Positions 40,351-50,552 of a stretch of 64,000 nucleotides of DNA are shown piece after piece. Position 1 is the stretch's first letter, and every line of letters starts with the position of its first letter. Both the position numbers and the translations under genes were made by a program. Below the pieces are notes generated by a model. The model made no database searches. It saw only the letters and a list, made by a program, of their open reading frames with translations, and was not told the origin of the DNA. Source of the stretch: an uncultured Chloroflexia bacterium (GTDB lineage Bacteria > Chloroflexota > Chloroflexia > Thermomicrobiales > UBA6265); NCBI GenBank assembly GCA_963724295.1, contig CAVRUC010000001.1:165572-229571 (forward strand), given 5' to 3'.

Positions 40351-40788
40351 ATGGGGACGATCACCGTACGCCAGGCCACGCCTGACGACGCCATGGAATT
40401 GGCGCGAATGCTGGACCTGTTCGACCGCACGGGTGCCACTCCCGAGCAGGTCGCCGCGCGCATGCTGGCCTGCCAGAGCGTGTTGACGACCTATCTCGGC
40501 GAGATGGACGGGCAGGCGGTCGGCTTTGCCTGCTTGCGGCTGGTGCCACACATCCAGGGCGACGAGCCGTATGCCGAGCTGACCGACATCTACGTCGACG
40601 CGCCGTTTCGCCGCCACGGCGTGGCCCGCGCGCTGATCGCTCAGCTTGAAGCGACGGCGCGGGCTGCCGGCGCCAGCGAGGTGGTGATCATCACCGGCTT
40701 CGACAACGAGGACGCCCAAGCGGCGTATCGCGCCGTCGGATACGACAATTGGGCGCTGGCGATGCGGAAGCGCTTCCCGGACGACTGA
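40351..40788 (+). CDS. GNAT family N-acetyltransferase
   Basis: IYVDAPFRRHGVARALI and NEDAQAAYRAVGY. Confidence 0.9.
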   Translation: MGTITVRQATPDDAMELARMLDLFDRTGATPEQVAARMLACQSVLTTYLGEMDGQAVGFACLRLVPHIQGDEPYAELTDIYVDAPFRRHGVARALIAQLEATARAAGASEVVIITGFDNEDAQAAYRAVGYDNWALAMRKRFPDD

Positions 40789-40961
40789 CGTCATCGCAAC
40801 GATGCGCTGCCACGAAGGAGTGCAACCACAAGTACTCACTCCTGCATCACCAGCCGTGCAGAACCTGCTGCCGAGCAGGCGAAGAATGCAAAGAGTGCAA
40901 AGGCTACGAGAGGCAGGCGCGACGGGAGCGGGGAAGGGCCCAATTGGTGAAAGGCCAGAAG

Positions 40962-42437
40962 ATGACAGCGTTGAATGAAGCCGCCCTCAGCAGCCTCGCC
41001 GCCACAGTCGGGACGCCCGGGTACGACCGGGCTGCCGTTTCAGCCGGAATCGTGCATTTCGGCGTGGGTGCCTTCCATCGTGCCCACCAGGCGATGTTCA
41101 TCGACGACATCCTGGCGCGCGGCTTCACCGACTGGGCGATCCGCGGCGTCGGCATCCTCGAGGGTGATCGGGCCGTCCGCGACGCCCTCCGCGCCCAGGA
41201 CAACCTCTACACGCTCGTCACCAGCTCCCCGGACGGCACGTCCGTCGCGCGGGTGATCGGCTCGATCCATGAGTACCTCTACGCGCCGGACGACCCCAAC
41301 GCGGTCCTCGATCGCCTCGCCGACCCGGCCACGCGCATCGTCTCGCTGACGATCACCGAGGGCGGCTACAGCGTCAACGACGCCACGGGCGAGTTCGACC
41401 CGCGCGACCCGCTCACGCTGCACGATCTGCAACCCGGCACGCGCCTGCCGGTGAGCGTTCTGGGGTACATCACCGCCGGGCTGGCGCGGCGCCGGGAGGC
41501 AGGCACGCCACCGTTCACGGTGATGACCTGCGACAACATCCAGGGCAACGGGCATGTGGCGCGGACCGCCGTCCTGGGCTTCGCCGAGCGCAAAGACCCC
41601 GACCTCGCCGCCTGGATCGCCGGGAACGTGGCGTTCCCCAACTCAATGGTCGACCGCATTACGCCGGTGACCACGGACGAGACGCGCGCCAGCGTGCTGG
41701 CCGAGTACGGCATCGAGGATCGGTGGCCGGTTCACGCCGAATCCTTCGCCCAATGGGTCCTCGAGGACACCTTCCCCAGTGGCCGGCCGCCCCTGGAGCT
41801 CGTTGGCGTCCAGATGGTCGACGACGTCGAGCCGTACGAGCTGATGAAGCTGCGGCTCTTGAACGCCTCGCATCAGGGAATGGCGTATCCCGGCATCCTG
41901 GCCGGCGAACAGTTGGTGCACGAGGTCTGCCGGGATCCCCTGTTCACCGATTTTCTCCTCGACTATATGCGCCTCGAGGCGATGCCGACGCTGCAACCGG
42001 TGCCGGGTATCGATCTGGACGCCTACTGCCGCGAGCTGATCGACCGGTTCAGCAACGAGGCCGTTCGCGACACCCTTGCCCGCCTGGCCTTCGATGGCTC
42101 GGAGCGCATCCCCAAGTTCCTCCTGCCGGTGCTACGCCAGCAACTGGAGACCGGTGGCGAGATCCGGCGCAGCACGCTCGTGCTGGCCGCCTGGAGCCGC
42201 TTCCTGGAAGGACGCGATGAGAACGGCGACCCGACGCCCATCAACGACCGGCGGGCGACGGAGCTGATCGCGGCCGCGCACGCAGAGCATGCCGAACCAG
42301 GTTCCTTCCTGGACTACCAGCCCGTCTTCGGTGATCTCGGGACGAACCCGCGCCTGCGCGATACATTTATTGTCTGCCGCGCGTCGCTTGTCGATCGCGG
42401 GGCACGGGCCACAGTCTCGGCGATTGCCGACTTCTGA
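40962..42437 (+). CDS. mannitol dehydrogenase family protein
   Basis: GIVHFGVGAFHRAHQ, VSLTITEGGY, TCDN, FPNSMVDRITP and KLRLLNASH. Confidence 0.93.
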   Translation: MTALNEAALSSLAATVGTPGYDRAAVSAGIVHFGVGAFHRAHQAMFIDDILARGFTDWAIRGVGILEGDRAVRDALRAQDNLYTLVTSSPDGTSVARVIGSIHEYLYAPDDPNAVLDRLADPATRIVSLTITEGGYSVNDATGEFDPRDPLTLHDLQPGTRLPVSVLGYITAGLARRREAGTPPFTVMTCDNIQGNGHVARTAVLGFAERKDPDLAAWIAGNVAFPNSMVDRITPVTTDETRASVLAEYGIEDRWPVHAESFAQWVLEDTFPSGRPPLELVGVQMVDDVEPYELMKLRLLNASHQGMAYPGILAGEQLVHEVCRDPLFTDFLLDYMRLEAMPTLQPVPGIDLDAYCRELIDRFSNEAVRDTLARLAFDGSERIPKFLLPVLRQQLETGGEIRRSTLVLAAWSRFLEGRDENGDPTPINDRRATELIAAAHAEHAEPGSFLDYQPVFGDLGTNPRLRDTFIVCRASLVDRGARATVSAIADF

Positions 42438-42588
42438 GAGGCGGGGTCCTTTGTGTTGGCTGTTTCATTGTGCCGGGGAAGACCTGCTTCCTGATGGGCG
42501 GGCAAGGCTGCGGCTCTGATCTCTGCAACTTCCAGGGTCGTCGAAAAGGCCAAGAATCAGTGCGCAGCCGGTCGACGTACTCATCCCT

Positions 42589-43515
42589 CTAGGGCTTTGT
42601 GGCGTCCTCCATGTGGATAAGCTGCTCGGTCTGGTGAGTACCCTGAGCGATCCTCAACGTCGTACGTTCTGGTTGGCCTGGTTGCTCAGTGTTGACCATG
42701 AACAGTTGCTCGTCTCCGACCGTCGTCTCCCCCCACGAGACATGCGCAGTGCCGACGAGCCCATGCTGCAACGGTATCGGGGTCATCCTCAGATCGCACT
42801 CGATTTCGACCTTGATTGCCCGCACGCGCCATTTAGTGCCATAGGTGTCGATCAGGTAGCAGCCAGGGACAAGCTCAAACATTGCAGTTGCCCGGCTCCG
42901 GTCCTGATTCGCGTAGAAGAAGTCCATCAAATTCTTGCCCGACTCCGGCCGCCGCAGCACCTGTTCTGCTAGCTCCCCGACAGGCCCGGCTTTCTCGTCA
43001 TCCTTTGAGTAGAGTGGTTCACCAAGACCCACCTCGGGCTCCTCAGGGTGCCCGTACTCTTCTGCCAATACTGCGCGACACTTCACGATATTGACGTTGA
43101 ATCGACCAAGGAACACCTCCTTGAGTTTACTGACCTTCCCCGCCCAGTCAGATTCGATAGCTTCCTGCAGGTCCATCGTTTCAATACCAAACTTTTCCGC
43201 TTCATTCAGGGCGTTCTTTGTGAACCCGGTCCGGGATACGAGGATCAGTTTGTCTGTCCGGTGCTCATGCTTGCCGCGCATCTCCTGCACCCACCCAACG
43301 TCAGCAGCGCGACTCCGGTCGCGAACTTCGACTCCTATCTGCAGGGTAATTTGGCCTGCTGGTTCTTCGATCAAGATGTCGACTTCTTGCGCTTTGCCTC
43401 CGAGCCGATCCGGAACCATGGCGGACTCGCTGACTGTAGCGCGATCATGGAGTTGGCGATGCAGTAGATAGATCAGGCGTTGGAATTCGTTCGAACGTCT
43501 CGGCATGTCAACCAT
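42589..43515 (-). CDS. Mrr-like (PD-(D/E)XK) restriction endonuclease domain protein
   Basis: N-terminal EFQRLI...EVDILI...GVEVRDRSR...V.WV...ILVSRTGFTKNA; unknown C-terminal domain. Confidence 0.7.
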   Translation of the reverse strand: MVDMPRRSNEFQRLIYLLHRQLHDRATVSESAMVPDRLGGKAQEVDILIEEPAGQITLQIGVEVRDRSRAADVGWVQEMRGKHEHRTDKLILVSRTGFTKNALNEAEKFGIETMDLQEAIESDWAGKVSKLKEVFLGRFNVNIVKCRAVLAEEYGHPEEPEVGLGEPLYSKDDEKAGPVGELAEQVLRRPESGKNLMDFFYANQDRSRATAMFELVPGCYLIDTYGTKWRVRAIKVEIECDLRMTPIPLQHGLVGTAHVSWGETTVGDEQLFMVNTEQPGQPERTTLRIAQGTHQTEQLIHMEDATKP

Positions 43516-43603
43516 CTACCCCGTATCTTTCATTAGCCTATATCGAGTTGAGTCAATTGTCCCATGCTCAGTCAAAGACCTTAAGCTGAAGTCAGCGGCG
43601 TGA

Positions 43604-46600
43604 CTAGCCAATCTGCACGTTGAGAATCCGCAAATGATGAAGCGTCTCGTCTATGCGTTCTTGGTCGCCGATCCTGCTCCAGATCGGAAGTGCCTTTTGC
43701 AAAGCCTTGCGAGCGCCAACCAAGTCGCCTTGCTGTACGAGAACATTTGCGAGGTTTCGATTGTAAATTGCAATCCCGCGACTATCCTCTCCAGCGGTCT
43801 TTTCTGTAATCCTGATCGCGCGTTCAAAACGGTCCCGCGCGCCGGCGAGATCTCCCTCAGATTGCAAGATATCTGCAATATTGTTCAGCGAAGTTGCTAC
43901 TTGCGGATGATCTGGTCCGAACTTGGTTTCTCGAATGCGGAGGGCACGCTCATGCAGCTCCATCGCTTCGTTGGTATTACCTATACCTCGAAGGAGGTTT
44001 GCAAGGCTATCCAGGTCAGGCGTTACCGCTGGATTGTCAACGCCGTATGCCGTCTCATCGATCGCTAGTGCACGTTCAATATTGGCTCTTGCATCCTTGG
44101 TCCGGCCTTGCTTCATTAGTACCCGGGCCAACTTGAGAAGGGCAACTGCAACCATCGGGTGGTCAGCCCCGTAGATCATTTCATTGAGATAAAGTGACCG
44201 CTGTAACAGCGCGCGAGCAGGCCGTAGTTCTCCTTGATCACTAAGAACGTCCCCTAAATTGCCGAGGGCGATAGCGACCTCCCGGCTCTCAGCGCCATCA
44301 ATTCGTTCATGAATTCGGAGCGCCTGCTCCAGCACATTCCGTGCGGCCCGGTTATCTCCCTGCCGTCTGAAGACAATGCCGAGATCATTAAGCGCTGTCG
44401 CGACGTCCGAGTGCTCAGGACCGAATACCCTCATTCGAATGGATCGAACTTCTTGAAGTAGCCCTCGAGCCGCCTCCAACTTTCCTTGATCCCGTAAGAT
44501 GTTGCCCATCAGTGCTAAGTCTGTTGCCGTCTCCGGATGCTCTTTCCCGTGCGCTGCCTCGTCGATGGCGAGTGACCTCTCGATGGCCTGCAGCGCAGCG
44601 GGTAGGTCTCCTAGATCCCGCAGGATACGGGCGAGATGATGAAGACCTATCGCTTGGTCAACATGATCGCGGCCGAGTTCGCTCTCCGAGAGCATGAGAG
44701 CATGCTCTAGCATCGGACGCGCCTCTTCAGGTCGGCCCCGCGCCGCCAGATGAACTCCAACGCGGCCATTGAGTCTCGCGACCGCCAAGCCGGTGAGGCC
44801 TATTTCGGTTCCATGTTGCATCACGGCCAGAGCGTGAGGCAGGATCCGTTCCCAACTGGGCCAGGTTCGCGGATCGTATCCCTCGTCTGGCAATGCGGCT
44901 GCCACGACGTAAGCCGCGGCCGCAGCCCATGCCCGCTGCTGGTCTCGAGTAAGGTGATCCTGCACTACAGCCTGGACGAGACGGTGAACAGACACCGTCT
45001 GGTCGTTAATTACCTCCACGAGAGAATAACGGCGAAGGGCCACAACGGCGTCATCTAGAGCAACCCGGTCCTTCACGGTCGCTCGGAGTGGCTCGGCCAA
45101 GGCCTCAGCACCTGCCATGAGCAACTCGAGCGGAATCGCGTCCGGAGCGAGGAAGGCAAAGATCTCCAATAGACCTTCTGCCGCCGGTGCCTGGTCGGCC
45201 GCTCCCTCGAACGCCAACTCCCACGCTGTGGCAACGGTGGCTTCGTAGTCGGTCAACTCACCTCGCTTCAGCACCTCCCGACGCTGCGTGCGGAACCGCT
45301 CCAGATACCCCTCAAGGGTCAACACGCGAGCGTTGATGTAGGCTGCCGCCTGCGAAAGTGCGAGAGGCAGGTATCCCAGTTCCTCGGCCAGTGTCGTCGC
45401 TGACGCTTCGTTCGGCTGCCCTGTCCGGGTCAGTAGGAATGCTATTGCTTCGGCCGGCGGTAGAACGGGAACCGCCATCGCTAGCACGTGCGGGGGCCAA
45501 TTCGGGTTGAGAGACGTGACAACCACATGTCCGAAACCAACCGTCGGCAGATACGGCTCCAGGATCGACGGATGATCCGCGTTGTCGAACACCAGCAGGT
45601 ACCGCTGGCCCCCGCGGTCCAGCCAGCGACGAACCGCCAGGATCGTCTCCTCCTGAGCTTGGCGTGCAGCCTCAACGGTCGTTGACTGGTCCTGAACCAC
45701 GGCCTCGGGGAGCCCAAGTTCGCGAGCAAGGGACGCAAAGTCGGCAGCGAGCGTGGACTCATCTTGGGCTCTGATCCACCAGATTACGTCATAGATTCCG
45801 GCATGGCGGTAGGCGTACTCGATGGCGATTTGGGTTTTGCCCATTCCACCTAGTCCATGAAGTGCAACTAGTTGAACTGGGTCCGATGTGCCGCTTGAAG
45901 TCAATGACTCATGCAATTGCGCTATCAGATCCACTCTGCCAGTAAAGTTGGGATTCCGACGATGGGGAAGATTGCTAACACGCTTAGCGATTCCGTGTCC
46001 GGAAGTCCTACCCGGCACACTAGCGGAGCTTGAAGACTCGGTTTGTGGAGATACGCTTGGGATGTAGAGTGTGCCCAGAACCTCAAATGCGAAGGCAGCT
46101 GCGTGCCGGATGCAGTAACTTGCCAACCTTCAGCGTCGGTTACGCTCTTTCCTTCGATAAGGTCTGAAATTCCCCGAATAACAAGTGCATCCGTTCGTAA
46201 ATTAGCCCGAATCGCCTCCAGAAAACCGAAGCCCTCCATCTCTACAGCAGCGGCGTCACTGTAATTCTCTCGGAGGAACTTGTAGACCGGGGACCGCGTC
46301 GACGCGACAATTTCGCACCAGCGGCTACGGGCTTGACAATGGCATCAGGTAGTAACTCTGGAGCGGTGGGTAGAATGCGTTTCTGCCAATTCTGGTTGCG
46401 AGCGACGGCTCTAGCGCGTTGTTCCATTCGGTAAGACGAAAAATGCAATTCTGGGCGAGCGTAGAATTCCACAGCCGCCTTACCAGATTCATACTCATAG
46501 ACTTTCGTGGCCGCAACAACTCCACCGAGTTGGACATCCTTAAGGCCTCCCGCGATCCCAACGAACAATGCGACGTCAGGAGAAAAGTTCGCTATGGCCC

Positions 46601-46796
46601 TCTCAGTTTCGAACGAAGCCCGAACGTTTCCCATCCCGATCTGCGCGATCGCTACTGTCCAAGATAGTTCCCCTACGGTGAATCCCTCGTTCGTAAACGG
46701 TGCCTGCGGGATGCGTTTCTTCTGTGATATCGTCAATATGATCCCGTACGGCCTGGAACTCCTACAGGTATCCGTCAGAATGACTGCGGTCGGCAT
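43604..46796 (-). CDS. purine/MTA nucleosidase - NB-ARC - TPR protein (NLR-like, FxsT-like); 5' part frameshifted
   Basis: Nucleosidase motifs MPTAVILT, FVGIAGG, VEMEG and IRGISD lie in shifting frames. NFTGR, GLGGMGKT (Walker A), LLVFDNA and GYLPLAL follow, then ~42-aa TPR repeats with HP..A..LNN motifs. Confidence 0.8.
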
Positions 46797-46952
46797 TACA
46801 TCACGCCCGCAGGTTGAAAGATCACGCGGCTCATGCGTTGTCTCCGGATACACTGGCAACTTGACCTTAAGGAGTCTTGACGCCATGGACCTTCGAGCGG
46901 CAAAACCCAGTCTCTGGACTACGAAGCGTTCGGGCCATAGAACGCGTACCAC

Positions 46953-47546
46953 TTGGGTCGTGGCTTGACGCTCAACATTGGCGCGACGCAAGCATACCTT
47001 CGCGGTGGACTGACGCTATTTGAAACATACGAGGTGGAAGATGGACCGGAGGAAGGCTGGCCATGCCCGCCAGAGCAATATGCGACGATAGTAGAGACTG
47101 CTCAGTCATTTGTTGGGCTCCGAGTGGTTGCCCTTGGCAGGAAGCAGCTGACCACGCCAGTGCCTGGTTTCAAGGAGATTCCGCCCGTCGGTGAACCGTC
47201 CCACGTCGTACTTCCTCAGGAGATTACGTTCAGAATCGGACAGTTTGTGGCCAAAGGTCCACAGGTGGCCGCATACATAGTCTATGTTGGCGATACGATT
47301 CGTCACTATGCCGCTGTGATATCAGGTGTAACCTATCAGAACATTGACCAGATCGTCGCGGCACAATTCGTCTCGAATGTCTTTGAATGGGTAAGTTATG
47401 GGAAGGTTGGTCCTACATTTCTTGATGAGTTGGTGGCGGGCGATACTGCCAAATTCAAACCCGCCTTCTTTCTAGAGAACCTCCGAGATGCGATCGACTC
47501 AGTAGTTAGTGGAGTACTTCGTTCCCATCATCACTTTGTGAACTGA
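46953..47546 (+). CDS. hypothetical protein (islet)
   Basis: 197 aa open frame in the lower-GC islet; no recognised motif; start uncertain. Confidence 0.5.
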   Translation: MGRGLTLNIGATQAYLRGGLTLFETYEVEDGPEEGWPCPPEQYATIVETAQSFVGLRVVALGRKQLTTPVPGFKEIPPVGEPSHVVLPQEITFRIGQFVAKGPQVAAYIVYVGDTIRHYAAVISGVTYQNIDQIVAAQFVSNVFEWVSYGKVGPTFLDELVAGDTAKFKPAFFLENLRDAIDSVVSGVLRSHHHFVN

Positions 47547-47553
47547 AAGTTGA

Positions 47554-48248
47554 TGTCTTTGGAGGGCGAATCAGACTACTCATCTCGAGCAGATGAATGC
47601 GTATAAGAATGATGGCGAAAGCGTGGAGGAAATTAAAAGATACCTCAAGCACAGTGGATGAAATCTGTATGGAGTTTACCAGTGGTGTGATTGCCAGCTA
47701 TTCCACTCTAGACATGTTGTATCAGCTTTGGGTGCTTGTTGTGCGAACACCGTTTGGGGGTCCAGATTTTCCAAATAAGCTTCACTTCCCTGACAGCAAT
47801 CCTGGGGACTCCCTCAAAAAATGGAACGTGTCAGTGCCGCAAGGTTTACAGCTTCCTGACCTTGCCCGAGCCATCCCCAATCTCTCGAAAGGTCACTTCG
47901 CTGATTTGCGAAAGCTCAGAAACGATCTCGTTCACAACATGGCCTCTGACGATGTTAGAGCGTTGGTTTATATAGGAATTGGGCTCCCTCGCGATTAACG
48001 GACGGTCCCTGCAGTACGCTCACTACCTGACTCGGGACATCGAAAAAGGGGGCGACTCTGTGACGCACCCCTGGGTCCGGAGATTCTACCAACAGCAGCG
48101 CGATGCACAAGAGGAACTGTATCGATGGAATCTAGAGATAACGCAGTGTGTAATTGATACACTCGAGTGGCTAAGCATCTATTTGAAGTATGTGGCCGGG
48201 CTTGAAGGAACTGAGGATCGTGATTACGTGAGACAAGAGCCTCTCTGA
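47554..48248 (+). CDS. HEPN-like protein, probably one gene split by frameshifts
   Basis: LRKLRNDLVH (R-x4-H) in ORF 47597-47998; the overlapping ORF 47979-48248 continues a helical sequence. Confidence 0.45.
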
Positions 48249-48349
48249 CCTGCCTCCGTTCGTTTGACGCCTCCAAGCCCGCTCCTATCATCGCCAACAG
48301 GCGCGGACCCGTTCCACGCCCGCGTATTCAGTATCGACAGGAAGACCCC

Positions 48350-49401
48350 GTGCAGACCCGAGACGAGATCGGCTAACGACGCTCGCCAGCTGCGCTGGCT
48401 GAGCGGCCAAATTGGGCCCGGCGGCCCTGGCGCAGGTACTGCGTCCGTTGACCCTCGCCACCCACCCGGATCTCGTCGTCGGTCTCCAGACCAGCGACGA
48501 TGCCGCGGTCTATCGGATTGCGCCCGATCTGGCGGTCGTGCAGACGGTCGATTTCTTCACCCCGATCGTCGACGACCCCTGGACCTACGGCGCCATCGCC
48601 GCCGCCAACAGCATGAGCGACGTCTACGCCATGGGCGGCACGGTCCTCTTCGCCCTCAATGTCGCCGGGTTCCCGGAGGACCTGCCGCCGCAGATGATCA
48701 CCGCCATCTTCCAGGGCGCGGCGGAGAAGGTCGCCGAGGCCGGCGCCATCATCGCCGGTGGGCACACCGTCACCGATGCCGAGCCGAAGTTCGGGCTCGT
48801 CGTCACCGGTACGATCCATCCCGACCAGGTCTGGACCAAGGCCGGCGCGCTCCCGGGCGACGTCCTCTTCCTCACCAAACCGATCGGCACCGGCATCGTC
48901 GCCACCGCGCTCAAGAATCAGAAAGCGCGCGCCGAGGACGTCGAGGCCGCCACGGCATCGATGCTGACCCTCAACCGCGCCGCCGCCGAGACGGCGAGAG
49001 CGGCGGGTGGCGTTCACGCCGCGACCGATATCACCGGCTTCGGTCTGCTCGGGCACGCCAGCGAGATGGCGGACAAGAGCGGCGTTGGTCTGCAGATCAA
49101 CGCCTGGGCGGTCCCGCTCCTGCCCGGGACGGAGGGGTACGCCGGGGCCGGTCTCATCGCCGGTGGTCTGGGGCGGAATCGGGACTACTTCGCGCACCAT
49201 GGCGGCGGGATTCGTTTCGATCCCAACGTGGAAGCCGTGCAGCAGACCATCCTCTTCGATCCGCAAACCTCCGGCGGTCTCCTCTTCGCCGTCGATGCCG
49301 GTCAGGCCGATGCCTTCGCAACCGCGTTCACCGCCGCCGGCATCCCGCTCTGGCGCATCGGCCAGGTCGTCCAGGGCGCGGGCATCGACGTTTCCCCGTG
49401 A
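48350..49401 (+). CDS. selD: selenide, water dikinase, Sec-containing (TGA 48400-48402)
   Basis: RLTTLASCAG-UGA-AAKLGP, SDDAAVY, QTVDFFTPIVDDP, GGHTV, TDITGFGLLGH and DPQTSGGLL. The GTG at 48350 needs one extra base near 48370. Confidence 0.95.
48403..48430 (+). promoter_or_regulatory. putative SECIS of selD
   Basis: GGGCC-CGGC-GGCCC stem starts 11 nt after the UGA, with outer CCA/TGG pairs. Confidence 0.6.
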
Positions 49402-50309
49402 GCGAATCCGCGACGCGACGAGATCTCCTCGACCTTCCTGCCATCAATCCCGCCTCCCGCATCCCGGCCTCGCGCCGGGACTGGATGCGCCTCATGAGCG
49501 AGCTCGGCATCCGGCCCAACAAGGGGCTCGGGCAGCACTTTCTCTTCGAGCGCGGGCTGGTCGAGCGCATGGTCCGTCAGGCCGGTGTCACCGAGCGCGA
49601 CACCGTGCTGGAGATCGGTCCCGGTCTGGGGATTCTCACCTCGGAGCTGCTGCGCAAGGCGCGTCGCGTCGTCGCCGTCGAGCTCGATCGCTCGCTGATC
49701 GCGCACCTGGAAACCGCGTTCGGCGACGTCCCCGGGTTCGAGCTGGTGCCGGGCAACGCCCTGTCGCTCTCCGCCGACGAGCTCTTCGCGCCCGGCGAGC
49801 CGTTCGACGTCGTCGCCAACCTCCCCTATTCCGCCGGCACCGCCATCCTGCGCCATCTGCTCGAGCAACCGCGCAAACCGCGCCGTCTCACCGTCATGCT
49901 GCAGAAGGAGGTCGCCGACCGCCTCACCGCTCAGCCTCCCGACATGAGCGTGCTCGGCGTCGCCACGCAGTTCTTCGCCGAGCCGCGGCTGGCGTTCACC
50001 GTCTCGCCGGAGGTCTTCATCCCGCCGCCCAAGGTCGAGTCCGCCGTCGTCATCCTCGAGGTGCGCGACGAACCTCCCCTGCCCGCCGAGCTGCAGCCGT
50101 TGTTCTTCAAGCTCGTCAACGCGGGGTTCCGCCAGAAGCGCAAGCAGGTCGCCAACTCGATCGCCGACGTCCTTCAGCTCCCCAAGCCGGGCATCGCGGA
50201 GTGGCTCTCCGCGTCTGGCGTCGATCCGATGCGCCGGGCCGAGACCCTTTCCGTCGACGAATGGGTGACGCTGGCGAAGTCCGCTCCGGCGGACGTCGTC
50301 GCGGCGTGA
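49398..50309 (+). CDS. rsmA: 16S rRNA adenine dimethyltransferase
   Basis: KGLGQHFL, EIGPGLGILT, VANLPY, QKEVADRL, PPPKVES and RRAETLS; GTGA overlap with selD. Confidence 0.96.
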   Translation: MSESATRRDLLDLPAINPASRIPASRRDWMRLMSELGIRPNKGLGQHFLFERGLVERMVRQAGVTERDTVLEIGPGLGILTSELLRKARRVVAVELDRSLIAHLETAFGDVPGFELVPGNALSLSADELFAPGEPFDVVANLPYSAGTAILRHLLEQPRKPRRLTVMLQKEVADRLTAQPPDMSVLGVATQFFAEPRLAFTVSPEVFIPPPKVESAVVILEVRDEPPLPAELQPLFFKLVNAGFRQKRKQVANSIADVLQLPKPGIAEWLSASGVDPMRRAETLSVDEWVTLAKSAPADVVAA

Positions 50310-50552
50310 TCCCATACCGCAACACTGTAAGCGTGTCATGCTGGGGAACGAACGTGCACGTGCAGCATCTCGGCTAAGAGCGCGTTGTACAGCAACCCAG
50401 CGTGTTGAAAAAGCCGGTGGCGAGATCGCGGTCCATCGGCGAGTTCGGGGATTGACAGCCCTGGCCACTCGCGTACTGTTGGCGCGCACACAGGCTGCGC
50501 CGGCGGCACGGCAGTCGACGCCGGCGCGATTGCGGAAGGAGATGCGTCGCTC

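Noticed and set aside
39725..40486. ORF track version of the MauF-like gene
   Set aside because: It omits the pre-UGA helix, and after ~40160 it reads an Arg/Pro-rich frame that overlaps the GNAT gene.
43604..46126. Complete FxSxx-COOH RiPP system
   Set aside because: No radical SAM/HEXXH gene or FxSxx precursor is visible; only the NB-ARC-TPR architecture is shared.
48264..49397. 378-aa N-terminal extension of RsmA in the ORF track
   Set aside because: Off-frame overlap with selD; the GTGA-coupled start at 49398 fits RsmA.
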